Shown one piece after another: positions 45,336-56,010 of a DNA stretch of 58,085 bases. Position 1 is the first letter of the stretch. Every line of letters begins with the position of its first letter. Made by a program: the position numbers and the translations under genes. The notes beneath the pieces were generated by a model that ran no database searches, was not told the origin of the DNA, and saw nothing but the letters and a program-made list of their open reading frames with translations. The stretch is from an uncultured Bacilli bacterium (GTDB lineage Bacteria > Bacillota_I > Bacilli_A > RF39 > UBA660): positions 1 through 58,085 of the forward strand of contig CAKOHQ010000001.1 of NCBI GenBank assembly GCA_934085875.1, read 5' to 3'.

Positions 45336-48185
45336 ATGAATTATATTAATTTAGGGATAGTTTTAGATTATACTCTTTTAACTAGTTTAATTAAAATAGA
45401 TAATTTAATAGAATATGCTAATAAAAATAGTATTAAAGTATTAGGTATATTGAATGATAATTTATATAGTACAATGGAGTTTTATAATAAATGTAATAAA
45501 AATAATATAAAACCTATTATTGGATTAATAAAAATTATGGACGATAAAGAATACTATTTATATCCTAAAAATTATGATGGTTTAGTAGATTTATTTAACG
45601 AAAGATTATATACTAATAACATTGTATGTGTTGTTCCATATGACTCTAAAGAATTATATAATAAGATTGTTATTGATTCTAAATATATTGGTTATATAAA
45701 TAAAGAAGAATTAAATAATGGTTTAAAAATTACTAATAATGTTTTATCTATTAATAAAGTGTATAGTTTAGATAAAGAAAGTGCAAAATATATAAACTAT
45801 TTACATATGATTGATAAAGGTTTAACTATTAGCAATTATAATTTTATTGATTATAGTAATAATATAATTAATAATAATTATGATGAATATGATATTAATA
45901 CAACAAATAAGTTTAGTGAATTAATAAATATAGAAATTAAATCTGATACAAAGTATATTCCTAAGTTCTGTGATGATAGTTTTATATATTTAAAAAGTTT
46001 ATGTAATAGAGGTTTAAGTAAAAGATTAAATAATAATGTTAGTAAAGAATATAGGGAAAGATTAGATTATGAACTTAATGTTATTAATAACATGGGATAT
46101 GTTGATTACTTTTTAATAGTTTATGATTATGTTAAATATGCTAAATTAAATGATATTATGGTGGGTCCCGGAAGAGGAAGTGCTGCGGGTAGTTTAGTTA
46201 GTTATACGTTGGGTATTACTGAGATTGATCCAATAAAGTATAATTTGTTGTTTGAAAGATTTTTAAATCCAGATAGAGTAACAATGCCAGATATTGATAT
46301 AGATTTTGATGCTATTAAAAGATATAAAGTAATTGATTATGTTATTTCAAAATATGGAAGAGATAAAGTAAGTAATATAATGACTTATGGTACTTTAGCT
46401 AGTAAACAAGTATTAAGAGATGTTTCTAAATGTTTAGAGGTTGATAATAAAATTATTGATAGATTAAGTAATTTTATTGAAGCAAAGAAAAGTTTAAAAG
46501 ATAATTTGAATGATAATGTTAAAAAGATGTTAGAACAATATAGTAATTTAAAAAATGCATATTATGTTGCAATGAAATTAGAAGGAGTTAAAAGACAAAT
46601 TGGTACTCATGCTGCTGGTATTGTTATTAGTAGTGAAAAATTAACAAATATAATTCCTATTATAAAAAATGATAATAGTTATTTAACTGGATATACTATG
46701 GAATATTTAGAAGAATTAGGTCTTTTAAAAATGGATTTTCTTGCAATTAAGGATTTAACTATTTTGGATAGTATTATTAAATCTGTTGAAAATAAATTAG
46801 GTAGAAAAATTAATATACATTCTATACCTTTAAATGATAAAAAAACATATATTGAGTTTTCTAAAGGTAATACTAGTGGCGTTTTTCAATTTGAAAGTAG
46901 TGGTATGAAAAATTTCTTAAGAAAATTAAATCCTAGTGATTTTTCTGATTTAATTGCTGCTATTGCTATATTTAGACCTGGACCTATGGCTAATATAGAT
47001 AATTATATCGCTAGGAAAATTGGTAAAGAGAGTGTAGATTATATTAGTGATGATTTAAAACCTATTTTAGAAAGTACATATGGTATTATAATTTATCAAG
47101 AACAAATTATGCAGATACTTTCTACTATGGCACGTTATACGTTTGCTGAAGGTGATTTGATTAGACGAGCAATAAGTAAAAAGAAGATGAATATAATAGA
47201 AGAAGAAAGAAGTAAATTTATTAATAAATCGATTCTAAATGGTTATGATAGGGATACAACAGAGAGAGTATATGATTTAATAATTAAGTTTGCTAATTAT
47301 GGTTTTAATAAAAGTCATTCAGTCGCTTATGCTTTAATTGGTTATGAAATGTGTTTTTTAAAGACACATTATCCTATATATTTTTATGAAGCATTATTAA
47401 ATTATAATATAGGTAGTGATATAAAAACTAAGGAATATTTAGGATGTTTAAAAAGAATGAATATTAATATATGTAAACCTGATATTAATTTAAGTGGTAG
47501 TAATTATAAAGTTGTTAATGATAAAATATTATTACCATTTAATATAATAAAGAGTATTGGTACTAGTGTTAGTGATTTAATTGTCAATGCTAGAGAAGAT
47601 GGTTTTAAAGATTATTTTGATTTTGTTAAAAAAGTAAATGGTAGAGGTATTGGCAAAAAAACTATTGAATTATTAATAATGTCTGGTTGTTTAGATTCTT
47701 TTGGTATAAATAGGCACACCATGATAGAAAACTTAGATAATTCAATTGATTATAGTGAACTTGCTAGTGGCGTAGATGATATTTTTGTAAGTGTACCAGA
47801 TTTGAATATGTTTAATGAATATGATAGTGAAGAATTGATAAAATATGAGAAAGATGTTTTTGGTTTTTATTTATCTGATCATCCAATTGTTAAATATAAT
47901 AATAGTATTAAATTAATAGATTTAAAAGATTTTTTTGATAAATCTGTTAAACTATATTTATTAGTAGATGAAATGATGAAGATTAAAACTAAAGATAATT
48001 CAGATATGGCTTTTATAGTTTGTAGTGATGAAACTGATAATGCTGATTTAATTATTTTTCCTAATAAATTTAAATTATTAAATGATATAAAAATAGGGGA
48101 TATAGTTAATGTATATGGTAGAGTAGAAAAAAGATATGATAAGTATCAGATATTGGTTAATGATATAAAAAAAGTTTATAAATAG
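45336..48185 (+). CDS. dnaE: DNA polymerase III alpha subunit, DnaE type
   Basis: GPGRGSAAGSLVSY, MPDIDIDFD, GTHAAGIVIS, FRPGPM and NKSHSVAYA motifs. C-terminal OB fold. The N-terminal PHP motifs are degenerate. Confidence 0.9.
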   Translation: MNYINLGIVLDYTLLTSLIKIDNLIEYANKNSIKVLGILNDNLYSTMEFYNKCNKNNIKPIIGLIKIMDDKEYYLYPKNYDGLVDLFNERLYTNNIVCVVPYDSKELYNKIVIDSKYIGYINKEELNNGLKITNNVLSINKVYSLDKESAKYINYLHMIDKGLTISNYNFIDYSNNIINNNYDEYDINTTNKFSELINIEIKSDTKYIPKFCDDSFIYLKSLCNRGLSKRLNNNVSKEYRERLDYELNVINNMGYVDYFLIVYDYVKYAKLNDIMVGPGRGSAAGSLVSYTLGITEIDPIKYNLLFERFLNPDRVTMPDIDIDFDAIKRYKVIDYVISKYGRDKVSNIMTYGTLASKQVLRDVSKCLEVDNKIIDRLSNFIEAKKSLKDNLNDNVKKMLEQYSNLKNAYYVAMKLEGVKRQIGTHAAGIVISSEKLTNIIPIIKNDNSYLTGYTMEYLEELGLLKMDFLAIKDLTILDSIIKSVENKLGRKINIHSIPLNDKKTYIEFSKGNTSGVFQFESSGMKNFLRKLNPSDFSDLIAAIAIFRPGPMANIDNYIARKIGKESVDYISDDLKPILESTYGIIIYQEQIMQILSTMARYTFAEGDLIRRAISKKKMNIIEEERSKFINKSILNGYDRDTTERVYDLIIKFANYGFNKSHSVAYALIGYEMCFLKTHYPIYFYEALLNYNIGSDIKTKEYLGCLKRMNINICKPDINLSGSNYKVVNDKILLPFNIIKSIGTSVSDLIVNAREDGFKDYFDFVKKVNGRGIGKKTIELLIMSGCLDSFGINRHTMIENLDNSIDYSELASGVDDIFVSVPDLNMFNEYDSEELIKYEKDVFGFYLSDHPIVKYNNSIKLIDLKDFFDKSVKLYLLVDEMMKIKTKDNSDMAFIVCSDETDNADLIIFPNKFKLLNDIKIGDIVNVYGRVEKRYDKYQILVNDIKKVYK

Positions 48186-48249
48186 AGTATTATTATTCTA
48201 TTTATTTTTATTTAAAATATTATATAATATACTTATTGGTGATTTTATT

Positions 48250-50145
48250 ATGAAAAAAGATAATATAATATTATTTATAGAATATTTTATTAGTTTGTTT
48301 TATTTAGAATTAATATTTAGAATATTTGGAATATGTAGTTATAGTTTTAAAAATTTATATACTTTGTTATATTTAATATTTATTTCATTTATTTTAGTAT
48401 TTATTAATAGAATATTGTATAAAAAGGGTAATTTAGTTAATAAAATAATATTGTTTATATTATGTTTTTATTTTAGTTTAGAAATAGTATTTAAAATAAT
48501 ATTTAATATATATTTTTCTATAAGAAGTATTGGGATGACTGGTAATTTAAATAGTTTTTATAAAGAAATGTTTAATTATATATATAATAATATTTTGTAT
48601 ATAGTTATTATGTTTATTCCTTTTATATTTATTTGTTTTTTTGGTAAATATATTAAATATAATAAGTTTAGTAAAAAATATGTTGTTTTATATTTAATAT
48701 TGATTTTGAATAGTTTTAATATATTTAGTTTGGGTATTATGTTAAATAAAAGCTTAAATAAATTATATTATAATGTTGATAATAGTAATTTATATAAAGA
48801 ATATGTTGGTGTTATTCCAAGTACATTACTTGATATTAAAAGAAGTATATTTGGTTTTGATGAGAAAGTTATTAGTGTTAGTAAAAATGTAGTAGATATT
48901 GAATATGATAAGAATATTATGGATATAGATTTTGATAAATTAATTAGTGAAGAAAGTGATAAAACATTACTTAGTATGCATAATTATTTTAAAGATGAAG
49001 AGAGTACTAATAAGAATAAATATAGTGAGTATTTTAAAGATAAGAATTTGATTTTGTTTATGGCAGAAAGTTTTAATTCTATTGCTGTTAGTAAAGAATT
49101 AACTCCTACTTTATATAAGTTAGTAAATAATGGTTTTGTTTTTAATAATTTTTATAGTCCGGTTGTATTTAGTACTATTGGAGGAGAATATCAAGAATTA
49201 ACTGGTTTATATCCTAATATAGAGTTGTTAGGAAAAGTATGGAGAAACGGTAATAATAAATATAATTGGGGTATAGGAAATAGGTTTAGGGAATTGGGTT
49301 ATAAAACTTATGCTTATCATGATAATCAATATGATTTTCAAAATAGAAATAAATATTTAAAATCTATAGGATTAGATAATTATATTGGTTGTGGTAATGG
49401 TTTAGAGAGTAGAATAGATTGTAGTGTTTGGCCAGAGAGTGATGTTGATATGATAAATAGTACGGTAGATGATTTTATTAACGAGGATAAATTTTTTGTA
49501 TATTATGCTACTGTAAGTGGACATATGGATTATAATTATGGAAATTATATTGCAAATAAAAATAAAGCATTGGTTGACAATTTAGATTATAGTTTAGAAA
49601 GCAAGGCATATCTTGCTACACAAATTGAATTAGATAGAGCTTTAGAAAGCTTAATAAATAAATTAAAAAATAGTGGTAAATTAGATAATACTGTTATTGC
49701 GTTAGTAGGGGATCATTATCCTTATGCTTTAAGTTTAAATAATATAAATGAAATATCAGATTATGAAAGAGATAATTTGTTTTTAATAAATAAAAGTAAT
49801 TTTATATTATGGAATAATAAAATGGATAAAGTAAATGTTGATAAAGTCGGAAGCCAAATTGATGTAATTCCTACTATATATAATTTATTTGGTATAGAAT
49901 ATGATTCTAGACTTATAATTGGTAAAGATATATTAAGTGACAGTTTTGGATTAAGTATATTTAATAACTTAAGTTGGATAAGTGATAAGGGTAAATATAA
50001 TAGTATTAGTGGTGAATATATTGGTGATGGTGATGAAGATTATGTCGACTATATGAATAATATTGTATCTAATAGAGTAAGTATGAGTAAATACTTAATT
50101 AAATATAATTATTATGATTTTGTAACAAAAAAAGTTGAGGATTAA
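48250..50145 (+). CDS. LtaS-family sulfatase-like membrane enzyme
   Basis: Five N-terminal TM helices, then NLILFMAESF...GDHYPY (alkaline-phosphatase-superfamily motifs). Confidence 0.7.
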   Translation: MKKDNIILFIEYFISLFYLELIFRIFGICSYSFKNLYTLLYLIFISFILVFINRILYKKGNLVNKIILFILCFYFSLEIVFKIIFNIYFSIRSIGMTGNLNSFYKEMFNYIYNNILYIVIMFIPFIFICFFGKYIKYNKFSKKYVVLYLILILNSFNIFSLGIMLNKSLNKLYYNVDNSNLYKEYVGVIPSTLLDIKRSIFGFDEKVISVSKNVVDIEYDKNIMDIDFDKLISEESDKTLLSMHNYFKDEESTNKNKYSEYFKDKNLILFMAESFNSIAVSKELTPTLYKLVNNGFVFNNFYSPVVFSTIGGEYQELTGLYPNIELLGKVWRNGNNKYNWGIGNRFRELGYKTYAYHDNQYDFQNRNKYLKSIGLDNYIGCGNGLESRIDCSVWPESDVDMINSTVDDFINEDKFFVYYATVSGHMDYNYGNYIANKNKALVDNLDYSLESKAYLATQIELDRALESLINKLKNSGKLDNTVIALVGDHYPYALSLNNINEISDYERDNLFLINKSNFILWNNKMDKVNVDKVGSQIDVIPTIYNLFGIEYDSRLIIGKDILSDSFGLSIFNNLSWISDKGKYNSISGEYIGDGDEDYVDYMNNIVSNRVSMSKYLIKYNYYDFVTKKVED

Positions 50146-50164
50146 TAACTCAACTTTTAATTTA

Positions 50165-50767
50165 CTATCTATTATAGAATTCAACGATTAATGATTCATT
50201 AATATCAGCATTTAATTCATTTCTTTCTGGTAATCTTAAATAAGTACCTGTTAATTTTTTATTATCAAATTCTACAAATGCAGGAGTTTTGATATTTAAT
50301 TCAATAGTATTTAATATAGCTTTATGTTCTTTACTATTTTCTTTAACAGATATTACATCACCAGGTTTACATGTATAACTTGGAATATCAACTTTAACTC
50401 CATTAACTAAAATATGTCCATGGTTAACTATTTGTCTAGCTCCACGTCTAGTAGTTGAAAGTCCCATTCTATAAACTATGTTATCTAATCTGCTTTCAAG
50501 AAGTTTTAAGAAGTTTTCACCAGCTATACCTTTCATTTTAGAAGCTTTATCAAATGTTCTTCTAAATTGTTTTTCATTTAAACCATACATGAATCTAACT
50601 TTTTGTTTTTCTTGTAATTGGATACCATATTCACTAACTTTTTTACGTCTTCCAGTTCCATGCATACCAGGAGCATATGGACGACGAGCTAATTCTTTAC
50701 CATTTTCTAAAGTAGAAAAACCAAGTCTACGAGATTTTTTGTATTGAGGTCCAGTATATCTTGACAT
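50165..50767 (-). CDS. rpsD: 30S ribosomal protein S4
   Basis: [16 protein letters not shown]...[10 protein letters not shown]...S4 domain. Confidence 0.95.
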   Translation of the reverse strand: MSRYTGPQYKKSRRLGFSTLENGKELARRPYAPGMHGTGRRKKVSEYGIQLQEKQKVRFMYGLNEKQFRRTFDKASKMKGIAGENFLKLLESRLDNIVYRMGLSTTRRGARQIVNHGHILVNGVKVDIPSYTCKPGDVISVKENSKEHKAILNTIELNIKTPAFVEFDNKKLTGTYLRLPERNELNADINESLIVEFYNR

Positions 50768-50945
50768 AATTATCTCCTTTCTATTTATTACTTAAAGACA
50801 TTTTAAATAATTAATAGGGTGTTATTTATTCTTTCACTTTGGCAGTAAGCTACTAGGTACTAGAAATAAACACATTATCAATATTTAAAATAAACTGCCA
50901 CTAAGCAATCAATATTATACACATATTAAATATATTTTGTCAAAT
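50768..50945 (-). promoter_or_regulatory. rpsD promoter and long leader (candidate S4 autoregulatory leader)
   Basis: Minus-strand TTGACA - 18 nt - TGtTATAAT near 50910-50945. The leader of about 140 nt contains AGUGGCAGU...ACUGCCAAAGU pairing. Confidence 0.4.
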
Positions 50946-51000
50946 AAATGTTGGTTTGTATTTTTGTTTTTTATTTGATATAATAAATATTGTGATAGTT

Positions 51001-51738
51001 ATGAAGAAAATATGGATACAATTATTTATAGTATTTATTGGAATTATTTTATCGATTGCTTCGTATAAAGGTATAAAAAAATACTATGATAATAATTATA
51101 ATAATAATAAGATAGTTAATGTTATTGCTTATAATAATGTGTATAATAAATCTTATGTTCCTAATATTAAAGAAGAAGATAAGGTTGAAGAAACAAAAGA
51201 AGAAAGTTTGGTTGATTCTACAACTACTACAATAACGACTACAATTGTTACAACAACTACAACAAGTTCGGTAGTAAAAGAAGAAAATGTTGTTGAAAGT
51301 GAAATGAAAGATTATTCTATAAATGATGATGGAAGTATTGTTTTTGATGGATTAACTTTAACTTTGTTAACAGAAAAATTGAATAAACATTTATCTTCTA
51401 CTTTAACTAATACTGGAATATATTTTGCTAATTATACTAAAAAAACTGGATTAGATCCTTATTTGGCAGTGGCAATAGTTTTACATGAAACTGGTTGTAA
51501 ATGGACTTGTAGTAGTTTGGTTAGAAATAATTATAATATTGGTGGATTAAAAAGTGGTGGAAAATTCATTAAATATGATAGTTTAGAAGAAGGGATAGAT
51601 GGTTATTTAAATATTTTATATAATAATTATTATAGTAAAGGATTAACTACGGCAGAATTAATGCAAAGTAAATATGCTCCTAATAGTACTACATGGACAG
51701 ATAAAATAAATTGGTATATTAATAATATAAAGGAATAA
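51001..51738 (+). CDS. Membrane-anchored N-acetylglucosaminidase/muramidase-domain protein
   Basis: ATG 51001 and TM segment IWIQLFIVFIGIILSIA. A Thr-rich linker. LAVAIVLHETGCKW...YNIGGLK glucosaminidase signature. Confidence 0.65.
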   Translation: MKKIWIQLFIVFIGIILSIASYKGIKKYYDNNYNNNKIVNVIAYNNVYNKSYVPNIKEEDKVEETKEESLVDSTTTTITTTIVTTTTTSSVVKEENVVESEMKDYSINDDGSIVFDGLTLTLLTEKLNKHLSSTLTNTGIYFANYTKKTGLDPYLAVAIVLHETGCKWTCSSLVRNNYNIGGLKSGGKFIKYDSLEEGIDGYLNILYNNYYSKGLTTAELMQSKYAPNSTTWTDKINWYINNIKE

Positions 51739-51754
51739 ATATGTAATAATAATA

Positions 51755-51919
51755 TTTACAAAATAAAAAAGTATGATATAATAACATTGTTAACGAAGAA
51801 AGGATTTACGACCCTAGAGTTAAAACGTTATATCGCGTTAAGATAAATAAAGTATGATACATTCATAGAATTAAGGTGGTACCGCGGAATTTCGCCCTTA
51901 AGTTTATGAATGTTTTTTT
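51755..51919 (+). promoter_or_regulatory. Promoter plus short T-box riboswitch, Tyr specifier
   Basis: TTTACA-16-TGaTATAAT (51755-51782). Candidate specifier UAC at 51807-51809. T-box sequence AAGGTGGTACCGCGG (51873-51887). Terminator CATTCATAGAATTAAGG/CCTTAAGTTTATGAATG plus T7. Confidence 0.8.
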
Positions 51920-51929
51920 AGGAGTTGTT

Positions 51930-52550
51930 ATGATAAAGAAAATTATATTTGATATTGATAATACAATATTAGATACTTATAAGGATTGTATAGAAACGTA
52001 TGAAGAATATATTTATGATAATCAATTAAATATTAAAGCACAAGATATTTATGATATGTTTGAAGAATATGAAGTATCTAATGGTAATTATTTAAAAGAT
52101 GACTTAATAAAGTTTATTTCTAATAAATATGGTATAAGTTATAAAGAAGATGAATTAAATAATTTATTAGATTTATATAGTAATCACAGTACACTAATAA
52201 ATGTAAATACTATTAATATTTTACAATATTTATCAAGTAAATATGATGTTGTTGCTCTTACTAATTGGTATAAAGATATACAATATAAGAGATTAGAAAA
52301 TGTTGGCGTTGGTAAATATTTTATAAAAGTATATGGTATAGAAGATGGTAAAAAACCGGATGTTAAAGCTTTTAAAAATGCTATTGGAAATAATTTATAT
52401 AGCGAATGTGTTATGATAGGTGATAGTTTAAATAGTGATATTAATGTAGCAAAAGAATTGGGTATGAAAACTATTTATTATAATAAAAATTGTAAAAATA
52501 ATCATGAAAATGAAATTAATAATTTAGATGAATTATTAAATATATTATAG
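51930..52550 (+). CDS. HAD-superfamily hydrolase
   Basis: GGAG RBS plus ATG 51930. The motif I sequence is FDIDNT. The motif IV sequence is GDSLNSD. Confidence 0.7.
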   Translation: MIKKIIFDIDNTILDTYKDCIETYEEYIYDNQLNIKAQDIYDMFEEYEVSNGNYLKDDLIKFISNKYGISYKEDELNNLLDLYSNHSTLINVNTINILQYLSSKYDVVALTNWYKDIQYKRLENVGVGKYFIKVYGIEDGKKPDVKAFKNAIGNNLYSECVMIGDSLNSDINVAKELGMKTIYYNKNCKNNHENEINNLDELLNIL

Positions 52551-52563
52551 GGAGAGGAATATT

Positions 52564-53784
52564 ATGAAATTATATGATGATTTAAAATGGAGAGGATTAA
52601 TAAAAGATATTAGTAGTCCAGATTTAGAGGATAAATTAAACAATGAAAAATTAACTTTTTATATAGGAACAGATCCTACTGCTGATTCTATGCATATAGG
52701 ACACTTCTCATCATTTTTAATTGCTACTAGATTAGCAAAAGCTGGACATCATCCAATATTGTTAGTTGGTGGGGCAACTGGATTAATAGGTGATCCAAAA
52801 CCTAGTAAAGAAAGACAAATGATAACGAAAGAAGAAGTAGAAAAAAATGTGATTGGATTAACAAAACAAGCAAAAGAAATATTTGGTTTTGAAGTAGTTA
52901 ATAACTATGATTGGATTAAAGATATTAATACAATAGATTTCTTAAGAGATTATGGTAAGTATATAAATGTTAATTACATGTTGGATAAAGATATAATAAG
53001 TAGAAGACTAGAATCTGGTATAACATTCTGTGAATTTGCTTATACAATATTACAAGGATTAGATTTTGTACATTTATATGAAGATAAAGGATGTACTTTA
53101 GAAGTTGCTGGTAGTGATCAATGGGGAAATATTACAACAGGAATAGAGCTTGCAAGAAAGAAAATCGACACAGAACTTTATGGAATGACTATGCCATTAG
53201 TACTTGATGCAAATGGAGTTAAATTTGGTAAAACTGAAGGTAACGCATTATGGCTTGATAAAAATAAAACATCAAGTTATGAATTATATCAATATTTAAT
53301 AAATTCAAGTGATTTATGTGTAATAGATTACTTAAAAAAATTAACATTCTTAACTAAAGAAGAAATAGAATCTATTGAAGAAGAACATAATAAAAAACCA
53401 GAATTAAGATTAGCACAAAAAAAACTTGCAGAAGAAGTAATTACATTCTTGCATGGTAAAGATGAATTTAATAAAGCATTAAAAATAAGTGAATGTTTAT
53501 TTAAGGGAAAAATAAATGAATTAACAATAGATGAAATAGAAGATGCTTTTAAAGGAGTACCAACTTTTAATATAGAATTAAATCAAACTATATTAGATAC
53601 GTTAGTAAATAATAAGATTGCTACATCAAGAAGAGAAGCAAGAGAATTCTTAAATAATAATAGTATTACAGTAAATGGAAATATTATTAATGATGAAAAT
53701 TTAATTGTTGATAATAATATACTTTTACACAATAAATATTTAATTATAAGAAAAGGAAAGAAAAAATATTTTATAGGTAAATAA
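52564..53784 (+). CDS. tyrS: Tyrosine--tRNA ligase
   Basis: HIGH motif (SMHIGH), KFGKT (KMSKS motif), and a C-terminal S4 domain. Confidence 0.95.
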   Translation: MKLYDDLKWRGLIKDISSPDLEDKLNNEKLTFYIGTDPTADSMHIGHFSSFLIATRLAKAGHHPILLVGGATGLIGDPKPSKERQMITKEEVEKNVIGLTKQAKEIFGFEVVNNYDWIKDINTIDFLRDYGKYINVNYMLDKDIISRRLESGITFCEFAYTILQGLDFVHLYEDKGCTLEVAGSDQWGNITTGIELARKKIDTELYGMTMPLVLDANGVKFGKTEGNALWLDKNKTSSYELYQYLINSSDLCVIDYLKKLTFLTKEEIESIEEEHNKKPELRLAQKKLAEEVITFLHGKDEFNKALKISECLFKGKINELTIDEIEDAFKGVPTFNIELNQTILDTLVNNKIATSRREAREFLNNNSITVNGNIINDENLIVDNNILLHNKYLIIRKGKKKYFIGK

Positions 53785-53839
53785 TACATTATTTTATTAT
53801 CATAATATTTTTTTTATAATTAATTATTCTATAATTTTT

Positions 53840-54229
53840 CCATTGTATCAAAAAAAGAACTATATTATTGATTTTTTTCCATTTGAACAAAAAAACTTTT
53901 ATTAGTTAAATAGTAAAGAAGTTAATTATTCGCAAGCTTTTGAAAATATTATATATAATGAATTAATCTACAAAGAATATGAAGTATATATAGGAAAAAA
54001 TTCTAAAGGTGAAATAGATCTTATTGCATCTAAAGACAAAAATATAAAATATATTCAAGCTTGTTATGATTTATCTAATGAAGAAACTAGAGATAGAGAA
54101 TTTAGAGCATTTGACAATATTAATGATAATTATCAGAAATATATTATTTCAAAAGATGTTGAAGATTACTCTCAAAATGGAATTAAACATTTAAATATAT
54201 TGGATTTTTTAATGAATGATGAATTTTAA
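53840..54229 (+). pseudogene. C-terminal remnant of a DUF4143/AAA-ATPase-family gene
   Basis: No start codon, and an in-frame TAG at 53903. AFENIIYNELIYKEYEVYIGKNSKGEIDLIASKDKNIKYIQACYDL...RE matches the C-terminal domain of that family. The ATPase part is absent. Confidence 0.5.
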
Positions 54230-54377
54230 AAAATTATAGATATTAAAAATAGAACCTAACTTATTATGATAATAATTAATAAAGATTAATATTAATACAA
54301 AGAAACATATTTTGTATAAACACTCCTTCAAAGTATTATTATAAATAAAAAATAAATATAAAGGGATGAAGTTTAAA

Positions 54378-54836
54378 ATGAAAAAACTAATAAATATAAT
54401 ATTAATTATTTTACTAGCAATTATAGAATTAACAACAATAACATATTTAACATTAAAAATAACAGTTAGTAGAAATAATATAAATAAAATAATTAAGGCA
54501 ACAACAAATAACATAACGAGTAATAAAGAGATTGTTGATGATTTAACAAATAAGATAAATAAAGAAACTAATATAGATAAAAGAGTAATAGAATCTACAT
54601 TAAATAGTAAAACAGCACAAGATGTATTGAGTGATATAACTAGTAATGTGATAGATTATAAACTAGGTAAAAGTGATAAAATGACTAAAGAAGAATTAAA
54701 TGAATTAGCAGAAAATAATATAGATAAAGTTATTAGTGAATCGGGTTATAATATAAGTGATAGAGAAAAAGAAAATATATTAAATAATATAAAGAATAAT
54801 GGAAATTATATAATAGAAAGTATATATGGTGAATAA
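54378..54836 (+). CDS. Hypothetical N-terminally anchored protein
   Basis: MKKLINIILIILLAIIELTTITYL anchor followed by a polar helical region. Coupled (TAATG) to the next ORF. Confidence 0.45.
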   Translation: MKKLINIILIILLAIIELTTITYLTLKITVSRNNINKIIKATTNNITSNKEIVDDLTNKINKETNIDKRVIESTLNSKTAQDVLSDITSNVIDYKLGKSDKMTKEELNELAENNIDKVISESGYNISDREKENILNNIKNNGNYIIESIYGE

Positions 54837-55165
54837 TGGAAAATATATTAAAATTACTGGATATAAAATATTTAATAATATTAATTATTAGTTTATTAAT
54901 CATATTAACATTATTATTTATAAATAATAAAAATAATAAAAAAACTATTAAGATTATTAGTGTTACCTCATTAATAATATCTATTATAATTCTTATTATT
55001 TCATTTTTATTACCTATTATTATAAGTATTTTACCTATTAATGAAACAATAAAATTATTATTAAAATCTGTAATTAATAATATAAAAAAAACATTAATTA
55101 TTTTATCAATTATATTATTAGTTATGAATGTAGTTATTATATTTGTTATAAATAAAAATGAATAA
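54836..55165 (+). CDS. Hypothetical three-TM membrane protein
   Basis: Coupled to the previous ORF. The opposite-strand ORF 54733-55185 is taken as a shadow. Confidence 0.4.
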   Translation: MENILKLLDIKYLIILIISLLIILTLLFINNKNNKKTIKIISVTSLIISIIILIISFLLPIIISILPINETIKLLLKSVINNIKKTLIILSIILLVMNVVIIFVINKNE

Positions 55166-55189
55166 ATTATTATCCTTTTTACCAAAATA
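55160..55189 (+). promoter_or_regulatory. Forespore-type (sigma-F/G) promoter candidate upstream of sigG
   Basis: GAATA - 18 nt - CAAAATA fits GHATR-N17/18-CAHWHTA. Confidence 0.45.
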
Positions 55190-55209
55190 AGGTAGAAAGG
55201 ATATTTTTT

Positions 55210-55986
55210 ATGAGTAAATATAAAGTTGATATAGCAGGTATAAATACAAATAGCTTACCAGTATTAAAAAATGAAGAAATGATTGTTTTATTTAAAAAAT
55301 TAAGAGAGGGAGATGGGTTTGCAAAAGAAACTATTGTAAATGGCAATTTAAAATTAGTTTTAAGTTTAGTACAGAAATATAATAATGGAAAGTGTGATAT
55401 GAATGATTTGTTTCAGATGGGATGTATTGGACTAATAAAAGCAGTAGATAATTTTGATTTATCATTTAATGTACAATTTTCTACTTATGCTGTACCACTT
55501 ATATTAGGTGAAATAAGAAGATATATAAGGGGACTTACTGATGTTAGAATAGCAAGAAGTATAAAAGATACTGCATATAAAATATTAAAATATAAAGATG
55601 AATATTTATTAAAATATGGTAAAGAAGCAACTAATGATGAAATATGTGAAGCTTTAGAATTAACTGGGTATAGTTTAGGTAATGCATTAAATTCATTAAA
55701 ACCATCAATGTCTATATATGAACCTATATATAATGATGGTGGTGATACAATATATTTAGAAGATCAAATAGCAGATACAAAAAATAATAATGATGGAAGA
55801 GATGAATTATTAGGATTAAGACGTGCATTAACAAAAATAAAAGAAAGAGAAAGAAACATATTAACAGATAGATATATAGTAGGAAAAACACAAACAGAAA
55901 TAGCAAATGAATTAGGAGTTAGTCAGGCACAAGTATCTAGATTAGAAAAAAGTGCTATAAACAATGTTAAAAGATTAATAAAATAA
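55210..55986 (+). CDS. sigG: Sporulation sigma factor SigG
   Basis: Collinear with B. subtilis SigG as recalled: KV.I.G..T..LPVLKNEEM, VNGNL.LVLS, DLFQ.GCIGL.K.VDNFDLS.NV.FSTYAVP.I.GEIRRY, EPIYNDGGD, GKTQ.E.A.E.G.SQAQVSRLEK. Confidence 0.9.
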   Translation: MSKYKVDIAGINTNSLPVLKNEEMIVLFKKLREGDGFAKETIVNGNLKLVLSLVQKYNNGKCDMNDLFQMGCIGLIKAVDNFDLSFNVQFSTYAVPLILGEIRRYIRGLTDVRIARSIKDTAYKILKYKDEYLLKYGKEATNDEICEALELTGYSLGNALNSLKPSMSIYEPIYNDGGDTIYLEDQIADTKNNNDGRDELLGLRRALTKIKERERNILTDRYIVGKTQTEIANELGVSQAQVSRLEKSAINNVKRLIK

Positions 55987-56010
55987 CATATAATTAAATG
56001 GTGGTATATT

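Noticed and set aside
54209-55185. Minus-strand ORFs 54209-54514 and 54733-55185
   Set aside because: They are AT-rich shadow frames (I/F/L/N/Y-rich) overlapping + strand ORFs that are translationally coupled and co-directional with sigG. No RBS was seen.
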